NCBI GenBank assembly: GCA_035288805.1
Contig: DATDZG010000023.1
Location: 15,669 to 79,668 of the forward strand
DNA from: Candidatus Nanoarchaeia archaeon
GTDB taxonomy: Archaea; Nanobdellota; Nanobdellia; SCGC-AAA011-G17; GW2011-AR20
Direction: 5' to 3'
DNA: 64,000 bases
Shown: positions 1 to 9,200 of the stretch, piece by piece
How the letters are laid out: each line of letters starts with the position of its first letter
How positions within the stretch are numbered: position 1 is the stretch's first letter
Translations under genes and position numbers: made by a program
Notes under the pieces: model-generated
Database searches by the model: none
The model's input: the letters and a program-made list of their open reading frames with translations, nothing else
Told to the model about the DNA's origin: nothing

Positions 1-324
1 CTTGAATTCAAAGACGGAAAAATAATCAAAGCAACAGCAGATAAAAACGAGCAGTTTCTAAAAGAAATGATTGCCACAGATGAAGGCAGTCATAAATTAG
101 GAGAGCTAGGAATAGGTTTAAACCCAAAATTAACAAAACCGATTAAGTCAATACTCTTCGATGAAAAGAATGATAAGACAATTCACCTAGCAATAGGCTC
201 AGCATACGAAGAATGTTTAGGAGTCAACAAATCAGCAGTTCATTGGGATTTTATTAAAGACATGCGTGATGGTAAAATCTTCTTAGACGAAAAATTAGTC
301 TATGAAAATGGGAAATTTTTGTAA
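1..324 (+). CDS. M29 (AmpS/aminopeptidase T-like) aminopeptidase, C-terminal fragment; 5' end lies outside the window
   Basis: Frame 1 is open from base 1. The C-terminal motif ...TDEGSHKLGELGIGLN... is typical of the M29 family. A paralog sits at 2346-3287. Confidence 0.55.
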   Translation, partial: LEFKDGKIIKATADKNEQFLKEMIATDEGSHKLGELGIGLNPKLTKPIKSILFDEKNDKTIHLAIGSAYEECLGVNKSAVHWDFIKDMRDGKIFLDEKLVYENGKFL

Positions 325-362
325 AAAGAAACCAATATAAATCAAATCACTTTTCTAAATCA

Positions 363-1247
363 ATGGGTTTTCTGAAAACACTTGGAATAATCTTAGTTTC
401 TATACTATTAATTCTCGGTGTTGTAATAACCGGCATAGGGATAACAGCTTATCAAACTCTTCTCTATCCAGAAACCTACGAAAAAGCACTGGAAAAAATA
501 CCGTTTGAAAAAATTCTCCAGGGATACCTGCCAGGGGAAACCCCTCAGCCTGTTCGAGAATTCCTTGAAAAGAATTTCAAAACAACAGCATCAGAATTAA
601 TAACAAACACTCTGGCATATCTTCGTTCAGATACTCAAGAACTAACCTTCAAATTAGACATCAATCAGGAAGACCTGGTAAAGTCACTTGAACAGCAAGC
701 TGAAGCCCTCCCTCTATGCAGCGAAAATCAGCTTCCAATTGAAAATGGAGAATACAAATGCAGACCTTCTGGAATTCCAACAAAAGAATTAGTCAATAAA
801 ATAATGGAAGACAGAAAATCACAAATCTCTCAATTCACCTCCCAAGATGTCATCCAGGTTATAGACTCCAAAAACAACAGGGAGATGGTAAGAGCAAAAA
901 TAACATTACTCAGGCAAAGTCTATATGCTCTATTCATTTTAATCCTAATCTTAATCTTCTTAATCTATCTGTTAAAAAAATCATCAATAAAGAAATTCGC
1001 AAGAACATTAAGCATAAACTTAATCATCCCGGGATTAATCTTGTTAACAATCGCCATAGCCATCCCGCAAATCCCTCTTAATTTCCCGCAGGAAGAAGCA
1101 AAAATAGCATTGCCAGCAATCGAAGTGTTTATTGAAGTTATCGCAAACAAGCTCATGATGCTTTCAGTAGGAATATTAATCCTAGGAATTTTATTATTAA
1201 TCTTCTCAATAATAAAAAAAGATAAATCTAAAGAATTAAAACGCTAA
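363..1247 (+). CDS. hypothetical membrane protein (N-terminal TM helix, several C-terminal TM helices)
   Basis: 294-aa ORF with hydrophobic segments. Its stop codon is embedded in family-A repeat copy 1. Confidence 0.55.
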   Translation: MGFLKTLGIILVSILLILGVVITGIGITAYQTLLYPETYEKALEKIPFEKILQGYLPGETPQPVREFLEKNFKTTASELITNTLAYLRSDTQELTFKLDINQEDLVKSLEQQAEALPLCSENQLPIENGEYKCRPSGIPTKELVNKIMEDRKSQISQFTSQDVIQVIDSKNNREMVRAKITLLRQSLYALFILILILIFLIYLLKKSSIKKFARTLSINLIIPGLILLTIAIAIPQIPLNFPQEEAKIALPAIEVFIEVIANKLMMLSVGILILGILLLIFSIIKKDKSKELKR

Positions 1248-1294
1248 AATCCCATGGTATTTGGCGTGCTCAAGAACAAATGTTCTTGACAAAG
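1238..1294 (+). repeat. Family-A conserved 3'-end structured element, copy 1: stem-loop acgcuaaaauCC-loop-auuuggcgu followed by hairpin caagaaca/uguucuug and ttgacaaa
   Basis: Same architecture at 6901-6957 (+), 36222-36354 (-) and 47748-47810 (-). The second stem covaries between copies. Confidence 0.5.
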
Positions 1295-1296
1295 AA

Positions 1297-1752
1297 CTAA
1301 ACACATAAAGACTCTAATTTTCCACTATGTTTCTTTAAAACTTGACCCGTATGCACATTTACAAGAACTTCAACTCTCAGCATATTCCCTGTTCCATCAT
1401 CTCTTCTGCAGCATTCTAAAAATTCAAAAAAAAAAGTATCCTTTTCAAATCTAGGATTTTGAAATTCACAGGTGGTTGTATAAGAATTTTCATCAGACAT
1501 ATGTTGAGCATGTACCCCATGAACATCCTTTGCAATAGCTCTTTGCAAAATAATACTTTTACCAAATTCTTCTAAGTGCAGAACATAAATAGCGTCTGTA
1601 TATCTCCTTCCAATAAACTCTCCAAAAAAGAAATTTCCGAGATTAGTTAAACTGGTTTCAATATCATTCGGCATTCTCTTCAATAACGTGAAACTATATT
1701 TTTCATCAGGACTATAATGCACAAAGATAGGTTGATAATATTCATCAGTCAT
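1297..1752 (-). CDS. hypothetical protein
   Basis: 151-aa ORF with no recognisable motifs. Confidence 0.45.
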   Translation of the reverse strand: MTDEYYQPIFVHYSPDEKYSFTLLKRMPNDIETSLTNLGNFFFGEFIGRRYTDAIYVLHLEEFGKSIILQRAIAKDVHGVHAQHMSDENSYTTTCEFQNPRFEKDTFFFEFLECCRRDDGTGNMLRVEVLVNVHTGQVLKKHSGKLESLCV

Positions 1753-1797
1753 AATTTAAAGGAAATCAATGAGTTAAAAAACTTTTCTAAAAAAGAA

Positions 1798-2319
1798 CTA
1801 ATTATCCTCTCTTAGAGCAAGTGTTAAATCACTCTCAGGACGATGAACATCAACACTCAAATCATCAAAGTTTACATCTATAGTCACATCAAAAATTCTT
1901 TGTAATCTTGCCCCAATATCATTTACTTCCAGCATATACTCTCTAACCCTATGAGCAACAATAGACACTTTTTTCCCGCAATATTCAATCTCAAAATTAT
2001 CAATCCTTTGTTCATACGACCCATCAGAATCTGCAGTCCCTCCTTCTTTAATAATCTCATCAATTTTCTTTCTCAAAATAATTTTCTTTTTCACGTCATC
2101 AAAAATTCTGCATTCATAAACTCCTAATAGTCTTACATCCTCATCAAAAGTAAACACATATCTTAAAAGATTTGTCCCAAGAGAAGATAATCTTTCCCGA
2201 ATATTTGGTGCCCTTATCCCGACACTAAATCTGTATCTGGGATTCTCAGTGTCATGTGCATAAGGCAAAAAATCCTTTCCGCACTCATCATACCCTATAA
2301 TTATTGCCATACCAAACAT
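1798..2319 (-). CDS. hypothetical protein
   Basis: 173-aa ORF. A weak GxDE motif is not enough to call a family. Confidence 0.45.
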   Translation of the reverse strand: MFGMAIIIGYDECGKDFLPYAHDTENPRYRFSVGIRAPNIRERLSSLGTNLLRYVFTFDEDVRLLGVYECRIFDDVKKKIILRKKIDEIIKEGGTADSDGSYEQRIDNFEIEYCGKKVSIVAHRVREYMLEVNDIGARLQRIFDVTIDVNFDDLSVDVHRPESDLTLALREDN

Positions 2320-2345
2320 AAGTGTAGAAAAGTTTTTAAAATGTC

Positions 2346-3287
2346 CTAAATCAAAAATTCTCCATCTTTCATAATCATCTTCCCATCAATAATAATGGTG
2401 GGTTTTTGCAAGACCGTATCTAAATGCAGCTCGCTATACACTTTCCCACCCATAGAAGAATTATTTCCAAAAGCAATATGACAAGTACCAAGAACTTTTT
2501 CATCTTGTAAAATATTCCCTATAATTTTCGCTTTTTCATTAGTTCCAATTCCAAACTCAGCGACATTTCTCGCATTTTTAATCGTCTTAAAGTAAGTGCA
2601 CATTTTGCAGGTTTTATCTACGCATTCAACAACCTCACCATTTTTAACAATAAATTTAGTGCCCTTTTTAGCATACTCGACTTTTTCATCAAAGAAATAA
2701 TCAATAACAATAACCCCCTGAGCAGTTTTTTCAAGCGGGGCAATAAACACCTCTCCAGCAGGCAAATTCCCACCAGTCCCATTTTTATGAATTATTCCAG
2801 AATCCATAAACCAATTTCTTTTCTCAAGAGAAAATTTTATATCTGTTCCAGAAGGTGTAGTAACACGAGCATGTTTTCTTTTATCAACATTTTTAAAAAT
2901 ATGTTCAGTAAATTTCGCTATCTCATTATAATCAGCTACAACACTCTCCCTCATAATCCTGCTTGTTATTCCAGGCAGTGTAGCAACTCTCGCGCCATTC
3001 TTTTCAGCTTCCTTAATAGCCTTGGTATGAGTTAAGCTTGTTGTCGTAGGACAAATAACAACATCAAAATCTAAAATCTTCCTGGCAATATCTTTGGGAG
3101 GCTCATCTCCATTTTGCTTTCCAACAGGAATCAAAACAAGTTCAGCGTGAGAAAGATTTTGAGCCTCATTAAATATTCCCTCACCAATTTCTCTAGTATT
3201 TTTATCAGCAATAATCAAAACCTTCTCGGCATTTTTAACATTCAAACATTGTTTAAGAATAATCCTTGCTGCTTTTTCATAACTCAT
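2346..3287 (-). CDS. M29-family aminopeptidase (AmpS-like), short form
   Basis: 313-aa ORF whose whole length resembles M29 aminopeptidases (…FGIGTNEKA…HIAFGNN…). Confidence 0.7.
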   Translation of the reverse strand: MSYEKAARIILKQCLNVKNAEKVLIIADKNTREIGEGIFNEAQNLSHAELVLIPVGKQNGDEPPKDIARKILDFDVVICPTTTSLTHTKAIKEAEKNGARVATLPGITSRIMRESVVADYNEIAKFTEHIFKNVDKRKHARVTTPSGTDIKFSLEKRNWFMDSGIIHKNGTGGNLPAGEVFIAPLEKTAQGVIVIDYFFDEKVEYAKKGTKFIVKNGEVVECVDKTCKMCTYFKTIKNARNVAEFGIGTNEKAKIIGNILQDEKVLGTCHIAFGNNSSMGGKVYSELHLDTVLQKPTIIIDGKMIMKDGEFLI

Positions 3288-3330
3288 TCACAATAAAGAA
3301 AATTTGGAGTTTAAAAGAATTGCTGTTTAC

Positions 3331-3732
3331 TCAATAAGAGATAACCTGAATTCCAGGAATAGAAGAATAATGCTTCACATTTCTCGTAATAATCTTACTG
3401 CAACCATGCACTTGCATAATCGCTGCAATAAAGCAATCTTTATCCTCGATTTCTTTTCCTTGTTTCCTAAGGTAAGAAAGCAGGTATGCTGCAGCTTGTC
3501 CCCAACCATTCTGTGAAGAGAGAGTAGGAAGAGTTTTAAAAAAAGATTTTGCAAGTTCCTCTTCCTTCTTATTAACCTGTTTCTGATAATATATTCCATC
3601 AAAAACTTCAAAGAGATTAATTTCTGTAGTAACAAAATCTCCATGATATTTTATAAGAAATTCCACAGCTTCTTTTTTATCATTTAAAAAATCAATAAGG
3701 AAGTCAGAATCAAGACAAATCATCGGTTCCAC
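3331..3732 (-). CDS. PIN-domain ribonuclease (VapC-like toxin)
   Basis: N-terminal LDSDFLIDFL and conserved acidic residues. Overlaps the upstream small antitoxin gene. Confidence 0.7.
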   Translation of the reverse strand: MEPMICLDSDFLIDFLNDKKEAVEFLIKYHGDFVTTEINLFEVFDGIYYQKQVNKKEEELAKSFFKTLPTLSSQNGWGQAAAYLLSYLRKQGKEIEDKDCFIAAIMQVHGCSKIITRNVKHYSSIPGIQVISY

Positions 3733-3977
3733 AGCCTTTTTCTCTTTTTCAATAGATTATACGTGGATTCCTTTCTAAGCTCAAGGATTCTTCTCTTCCT
3801 GTTTTCGACTTCCTCTTCAGAAAGGTGCTTCCAAGCCCCTGCAAACTGCATAATATCATTTTTCTTACCCACAACCCTCCTGATTACCTGAGAGAAGCTC
3901 TCATCCTTACCCTTCCTTCTAGCAAGCATCTCATAAGCATCTTCCATAATCGTCAGGGTTTTCGTTGCCATAAACAT
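3720..3977 (-). CDS. VapB-like antitoxin (MxTxTIxxxxYExL...ESFSxVIxxxV family)
   Basis: MATKTLTIMEDAYEMLARRKGKDESFSQVIRRV. Start chosen at an internal Met; the ORF extends to 4031. Overlaps the PIN gene by 13 nt. Confidence 0.55.
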   Translation of the reverse strand: MFMATKTLTIMEDAYEMLARRKGKDESFSQVIRRVVGKKNDIMQFAGAWKHLSEEEVENRKRRILELRKESTYNLLKKRKRLWNR

Positions 3978-4027
3978 ACGTGTACACGTACGTGTATTTA
4001 AAGATTTTGGTTCAAAAAACGTAAAAA

Positions 4028-5785
4028 TCATTCGAGTTTTTCAAGTTTCTTCTTATTATATTCAATTCCATCAATAAGTTTTTTCTTTTCTTTTTCTGAA
4101 GATGATATTTTGAGTCTATCCTGAAATCTTTCAATTTCTCGTTTAAGCTCTCCTTTTTGTCGATTCTTGGAGGGCTTACCCGTAACGACATGTCTTGAAG
4201 GATTGGAATAACGACCCGTAATTGATTCTTTTCTCAAGAAGTTTTTACGCATCTGTTCTAAGGTAGGATCTTTTTCTAAAGTTATTCCTTTATGTGGGGT
4301 CAAAAAGTGTTCTAAATTGCTTTTAGTAAACGGTTTATGTTTAATCAATTTGAAGTACTCTTGATTCCTACTCAAATGAATTTTCCAATTAACATTAACC
4401 TCGAGCAAATCCCAGGGCATACCTATTGATTGTTCTTTAATCGTTCCAGAAAAAGTGTTCTCTGGTTTAGTGATGGATTCCAAATTTGAATCTTCAATAG
4501 GGTTCAATACTGATTTCTTTAATTGGGATATAGAATCGTAGACGTACTTGAAATCCTTTTCTTCTTTACAGATTAGTCCTGCATCTAAGAGAGATTGCCA
4601 AGAGCTTACCGTTAAGTTTTGAGAACTTACAAAGATTATTTTTTGTTCTACAAAAAGATAAAGTTTAGAATGAACACAAAAGGTAACAGGAACTATATGA
4701 AGATTTTTATAAGGCTTAACAGAGTAATCATACAGCCACTTCATAGAATCAAGATTATCTTTAGTAAGACTGGAAGAGCTCCAAGTGTCACTTATATAAA
4801 GAGTAATACGCGTTTCTGAATTCCATTTAAGAATTCGTTCAACAATCCTTCTATCAACCATATCGCAAGAAAATAGCAAAATTATTTCCTTACTTTCATT
4901 CTTAAAATAGGGTTCTAACGATAAAGGTAAACAGTTTCTATTATTTCTAGAGTACATCAGGTCGCTTATATGATTTTGACGCATACAATCTTTATTCTCA
5001 ATCATACTCTCAAAAAGAGTTATAGCCTCCTTAACGACATCAGTTTCCCGTGAGAGAGTATTACAATCAAGAAATCCTCCTAACTTAGAAACAGAAGAAT
5101 TCGTTATATTGGAAGAACCAATAATTATCTCTTCCCCATCTCTAATCATAATCTTAGCATGGATTTTTGGGTTACACATTAAAGTCACATGAATATTCGG
5201 GCGGTAATGTTTCAACCGATTAATATAGCCTTGTTCAATCCGATTTTTAGTAATTATTTTTACTTCAATTTCTCTATCCTGAATAGACCAAAGTAATTCT
5301 GATAACAACTTCTCATCAACCCTCCATGTTAATATTAACAAAGATTCTCTAGTTTTATTAATAAAATTATAAAATAAGGGATAATTAGAATCGTCAAGAA
5401 AAGTACCTTTGTAATCAGAAACGGGGATTACATCATCTCTACTCTTAAGCGATTCAAAAAACGCGTCGATTTCTTTCAAAGAGTTTAAGGTACCGTTTTT
5501 AGAAGAAACTACATCACTCTTAGAATTGAGTTTTTTCTTAATTTTTTTAACGTAAAGTGTATGCTCGTTTTGTATTTTACCCCTATTATTGAATATAATC
5601 TTGAAATTTTTCTCTTTATTTTTTAAAGAACAAACAAAGAGAATACAAAAAAGACCAAAGATTGAAAGGTAACCAAAGAATGCCTCGGTACTAGTGTAAT
5701 CAGCCAAAGCCATAATGAATGTTGCTATTACCATCACCAAGAAGAATAAACAACAGCATGTACCCGGATCTTGTTCATTCTGCAT
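4028..5785 (-). CDS. PLD-superfamily membrane protein (cardiolipin-synthase-like architecture: 2 N-terminal TM helices + two HKD domains, the second degenerate) with a basic C-terminal tail
   Basis: Perfect first HKD motif HAKIMIRDGEEIIIGSSNIT. The second copy, HSKLYLFVEQKIIFVSSQN, has D->E and G->S. The ~150-aa C-terminus is K/R-rich. Confidence 0.65.
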   Translation of the reverse strand: MQNEQDPGTCCCLFFLVMVIATFIMALADYTSTEAFFGYLSIFGLFCILFVCSLKNKEKNFKIIFNNRGKIQNEHTLYVKKIKKKLNSKSDVVSSKNGTLNSLKEIDAFFESLKSRDDVIPVSDYKGTFLDDSNYPLFYNFINKTRESLLILTWRVDEKLLSELLWSIQDREIEVKIITKNRIEQGYINRLKHYRPNIHVTLMCNPKIHAKIMIRDGEEIIIGSSNITNSSVSKLGGFLDCNTLSRETDVVKEAITLFESMIENKDCMRQNHISDLMYSRNNRNCLPLSLEPYFKNESKEIILLFSCDMVDRRIVERILKWNSETRITLYISDTWSSSSLTKDNLDSMKWLYDYSVKPYKNLHIVPVTFCVHSKLYLFVEQKIIFVSSQNLTVSSWQSLLDAGLICKEEKDFKYVYDSISQLKKSVLNPIEDSNLESITKPENTFSGTIKEQSIGMPWDLLEVNVNWKIHLSRNQEYFKLIKHKPFTKSNLEHFLTPHKGITLEKDPTLEQMRKNFLRKESITGRYSNPSRHVVTGKPSKNRQKGELKREIERFQDRLKISSSEKEKKKLIDGIEYNKKKLEKLE

Positions 5786-6147
5786 TAAAACATCCCTCCA
5801 AAATAATTAAAACTGATTCCAAACAAGATTCCGGTAATCAATCTTAAAATATTATTGCTCCTTCTAAATCCGAGATATTGGCTAAATCCATCTACAAGCA
5901 TAGGAATCGTGAATATTCCTGCTATACCTAATGAAAGGTTATATCTTAAAAAATGTAGGAGGATCGCTAAAACACTTCCAGATAATATCCCTAAACATCT
6001 GCTACAAAAAAATTTTTCTAAACCTAAAAAGCTTAAACTTCTTTCCTTAATCTTATGGCAAAGGCAAATTCCATAAGCTTTGCCTTTTATATTTAAGGTT
6101 AAAATCGGTCCGATATTCTTTTTCCATTTATACTCAATAAAAGGCAT
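5785..6147 (-). CDS. small membrane protein with CxxC…CxRC motif (DUF2085-like)
   Basis: 120-aa ORF with 3 hydrophobic helices. Start ATG overlaps the upstream PLD gene's stop. Confidence 0.45.
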   Translation of the reverse strand: MPFIEYKWKKNIGPILTLNIKGKAYGICLCHKIKERSLSFLGLEKFFCSRCLGILSGSVLAILLHFLRYNLSLGIAGIFTIPMLVDGFSQYLGFRRSNNILRLITGILFGISFNYFGGMF

Positions 6148-6328
6148 ACATAAGATGCGTGTTCAATCTATAAAAGTGTTTTCTAATATAAAGATTATAG
6201 GAAGATTCACCGAACAGTTATAATAAACCATAAAACAGTAAAGTACCAACTTGAGATTTGTTAAATATGATAAGGGGTTTAAATGCCCTGTAGTTAATTT
6301 AATAAAGGTGATTAAAATTCATAGTAAA

Positions 6329-6853
6329 ATGGGGTTATCTCAGCAAGACTTGGATTGGTACACAAGTGCACGTAAATATTATCAATCATTCAGAATACTA
6401 TCTTTTCTTGGATATACCAAACAGGCATTAAACGCGTTATGCACCTCAATTGAGAAATTTCTTAAGCATATAATCATGCTTGACAAAGGTATAACCGAGA
6501 AAGAAACTAAAAATAATTATAGGCATGATCTTAAGAAATTGTTCAAAGATTCAAACGTAAATTCTGATGACTTCAAAATAATCAATTCTTTGTGCAACCA
6601 ACTAGATTATAACAACATAAGATACGAATTTGAAGCAACCACCAATAGTATCGTTCTTCATCATAAAGAACTAGATGATGAAATGATGAAGATCTCAAAG
6701 CATGTAATCTGTCTCATAAATAAAAAATATGGGGTAACGATAGGATATTTTGAGAGTGACGGCATCCCACGACAATATAGAAAATATAAAAAATATTTCT
6801 TAAAACGTGCATTCAAATCATATGACAGAACTGGAAGGATTGACTTTACATAA
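6329..6853 (+). CDS. HEPN-like domain protein (hypothetical)
   Basis: N-terminal helix pattern …A.KYY.SF.IL…EKFLKHII resembles HEPN. No canonical Rx4-6H motif is present; only an RH dipeptide. Start taken at the Met preceded by an A-rich leader; the ORF extends to 6251 (TTG). Confidence 0.4.
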   Translation: MGLSQQDLDWYTSARKYYQSFRILSFLGYTKQALNALCTSIEKFLKHIIMLDKGITEKETKNNYRHDLKKLFKDSNVNSDDFKIINSLCNQLDYNNIRYEFEATTNSIVLHHKELDDEMMKISKHVICLINKKYGVTIGYFESDGIPRQYRKYKKYFLKRAFKSYDRTGRIDFT

Positions 6854-6900
6854 TCGGAAATCATCTTCAAGCATTGCTTATTCCTTGAACGTATACCTCT

Positions 6901-6957
6901 TAAAACGCTAAAATCCTAAAGGATTTGGCGTACTCAAAAAAGATAGTTTTTGACAAA
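6901..6957 (+). repeat. Family-A element, copy 2 (second hairpin ucaaaaaa/uuuuuuga)
   Basis: aaaacgctaaaatcc-taaagg-atttggcgtactcaa + hairpin + ttgacaaa. The second hairpin overlaps the tgt stop on the opposite strand. Confidence 0.5.
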
Positions 6958-8028
6958 ATCCCTCTCAAATCTCTGGAATCTATCCTCTTTAATCGCCTTC
7001 CTGCATTCTTTCATCAGGTTATTCACAAAATGCAGATTATGCCATGTAACCAACCTCTTCCATGATAATTCATTAATCTTCAACAAATGATAAATATACG
7101 ATTTGGTATAGTTCTCACAAACCTCGCATTTACAATCCTTATCAAGCGGAGAAAAATCTTCTTTATACTCTCTCTTTCCAATCTGAATCTCTCCTTCTTG
7201 TGTAAACACCATTTCATGCCTTGAATGTTTAGTAACGTAACAACTATCAAATACATCAACACCCATTCCAATAGCTCTAATCAAATCCTGAGGAGTCCCA
7301 ATCCCCATCAAATATCTAGGTTTATTCTTTGGCATATACCCTATTGCCATTTCAACAGCCTTCATCATCTTCTCTCTTGATTCCCCAATCCCCAATCCAC
7401 CAATAGCATATCCATCAAACCCAATTGAAGTAATCAGTTCAGAACTCCTCTTCCGTAAATCTTTATAGCAGCCCCCCTGAATAATCCCAAATAATAATTG
7501 TTTCTTATTTTTATGTGCTAACTTGCATCTCTTAGCCCATTCATAAGTTATCTCCACGCTTTCCTTAACATCCTCGTATTTATCATCACTCCGGGGCATA
7601 TAATCCAGGCACATCGCAACATCAGAATTTAATTTATTTTGTATCTCAATATCTTTCTCAGGAGTAATTATATGCAAGCTCTTGTCAAAAGGGCTTCTGA
7701 ATTTAACCCATTTTCTATTAATCTCAACCAAGAACTTATCACTAACCATCTGGAATCCTCCAGAATCGGTAAATATCACATGATTATAACTCATGAACTT
7801 ATGCACCCCTCCAGCTTTTTCAATCAACTTAACTCCAGGGTCTAAATACAAAATAAAAGCATTTGAAATAATTGCCTTCAATCCTAACCTCTCCAAATCC
7901 TTGCTATTAATCAGCTTAACAGCTAATTTAGTAGCAACAGGCATAAAAAAAGGCGTTTCTATTTTACCATGGCTGGTCTTCAACTCTCCATATCTCGCCT
8001 CACCAGACTCAAATTTTAGTTTAAACAT
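6934..8028 (-). CDS. tgt: tRNA-guanine transglycosylase (catalytic domain only; archaeosine/queuine TGT family)
   Basis: TIM-barrel TGT motifs (…FTDSGGFQ…). C-terminal Zn site CKCEVCENYTKSYIYHL. 364 aa, no PUA extension. Confidence 0.8.
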   Translation of the reverse strand: MFKLKFESGEARYGELKTSHGKIETPFFMPVATKLAVKLINSKDLERLGLKAIISNAFILYLDPGVKLIEKAGGVHKFMSYNHVIFTDSGGFQMVSDKFLVEINRKWVKFRSPFDKSLHIITPEKDIEIQNKLNSDVAMCLDYMPRSDDKYEDVKESVEITYEWAKRCKLAHKNKKQLLFGIIQGGCYKDLRKRSSELITSIGFDGYAIGGLGIGESREKMMKAVEMAIGYMPKNKPRYLMGIGTPQDLIRAIGMGVDVFDSCYVTKHSRHEMVFTQEGEIQIGKREYKEDFSPLDKDCKCEVCENYTKSYIYHLLKINELSWKRLVTWHNLHFVNNLMKECRKAIKEDRFQRFERDFVKNYLF

Positions 8029-8040
8029 AAAAAAGAAGCA

Positions 8041-8439
8041 ATGAAATCAATTTATAAAACTTCTCACCTTAATAAAAAGATGGTTGTAAACAAAGATTAT
8101 CCTGAAGGAATAGTTGTGTATAAAATGAGATTAGACATCTATGGTGTTATTACACCTCGTGAGGAAGCAAAAAGATATTCATTAAGAAAAGGTGCTTCAG
8201 AAGAAGAGTTTGATAAAATCATCAATGAAGATAACGAAGGTAATGCTCTTCTCTATCTGCCTGGAATGGAAGTCCACAATAACTCAAGAATCCCATTCAG
8301 ATTCAGTCCGAACGAATTTGCAGGTTGGGTAAAAACAGATAAAGTTGAGCTGAAAAAAAGGGCACAGTATATAATGAGAGAAAATAAAGCGCAATTGGAA
8401 AAAGTCCTGGAGTTTTTAGAGTTTCTTGAAAAAGCCTAA
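8041..8439 (+). CDS. hypothetical protein
   Basis: 132-aa ORF. Confidence 0.45.
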   Translation: MKSIYKTSHLNKKMVVNKDYPEGIVVYKMRLDIYGVITPREEAKRYSLRKGASEEEFDKIINEDNEGNALLYLPGMEVHNNSRIPFRFSPNEFAGWVKTDKVELKKRAQYIMRENKAQLEKVLEFLEFLEKA

Positions 8440-8477
8440 AAAACAAGGTTTAAACATCTTTCTAATATAATCTAAGT

Positions 8478-9158
8478 ATGGAAACCTGGAGTTACACCAA
8501 TGAAAACCTGGAAGCTATTACTCAATCATTAAATATTCAGCCAGATGATAAAGTTCTGGCAGTTTGCAGTATCGGGGCTCAATTCTTAGCGTTGCTTGAA
8601 TTTCTCAAAGGAAGTGGTTTATTGGTAGCAGTAGATTATAATCCTCAGCAATTAGATTTAGCAAAAACAATAGTAGATATAGCTGTTCGTAGAGACGCCC
8701 GAGCCTTGGCAAGATTAGATATCTGTCCAAGAAATCAGGGTTATTTCAATAGAAGAAGATTAAAAAGAATTGCAATGAATATGCCTAAAGTTAGATTTAT
8801 GCAGAATGATTTAAGGGAAAGATTAGAAATAAAAGAAAGGTTTACAAAAGTCTATCTCTCAAATGTTCTTGCGAATTTAAATGCCTTAGCAGAAGTTGTA
8901 GAGAAAGGTTCTTTAATATACCTCGCATACAAAAACCATCGGGGAACAAAAATAACTTCAAAAAAAGGAATAGAAAATTTCATTCAATATTATTATGGTA
9001 ATCGTTTTGCTGACTTAGCACTCTCAGATTTCTATGCTATAGATGTTGAAAGAACTTTCAAAGCTATTCAATTAGAATCAAAAAAACCATTAACAGAAGG
9101 GGGATTTTTCAACCCAATGCACGTTCCCTGGTGCCCCCTCATCTACAGAAGAATCTAA
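8478..9158 (+). CDS. putative class-I SAM-dependent methyltransferase-like protein
   Basis: VLAVCSIGAQ…LLVAVDYNPQQLDLAK resembles MTase motifs I and II. Assignment is weak. Confidence 0.4.
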   Translation: METWSYTNENLEAITQSLNIQPDDKVLAVCSIGAQFLALLEFLKGSGLLVAVDYNPQQLDLAKTIVDIAVRRDARALARLDICPRNQGYFNRRRLKRIAMNMPKVRFMQNDLRERLEIKERFTKVYLSNVLANLNALAEVVEKGSLIYLAYKNHRGTKITSKKGIENFIQYYYGNRFADLALSDFYAIDVERTFKAIQLESKKPLTEGGFFNPMHVPWCPLIYRRI

Positions 9159-9200
9159 ACAACAACCTTTATAAAAATTAACCAAAAAAGGAAAAAAGGA

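Noticed and set aside
1798-2319. Possible Thg1-like (tRNA-His guanylyltransferase) identity suggested by a GxDExxxxFL motif
   Set aside because: Protein lacks the N-terminal catalytic half of Thg1, and similarity is confined to a few residues. Left as hypothetical.
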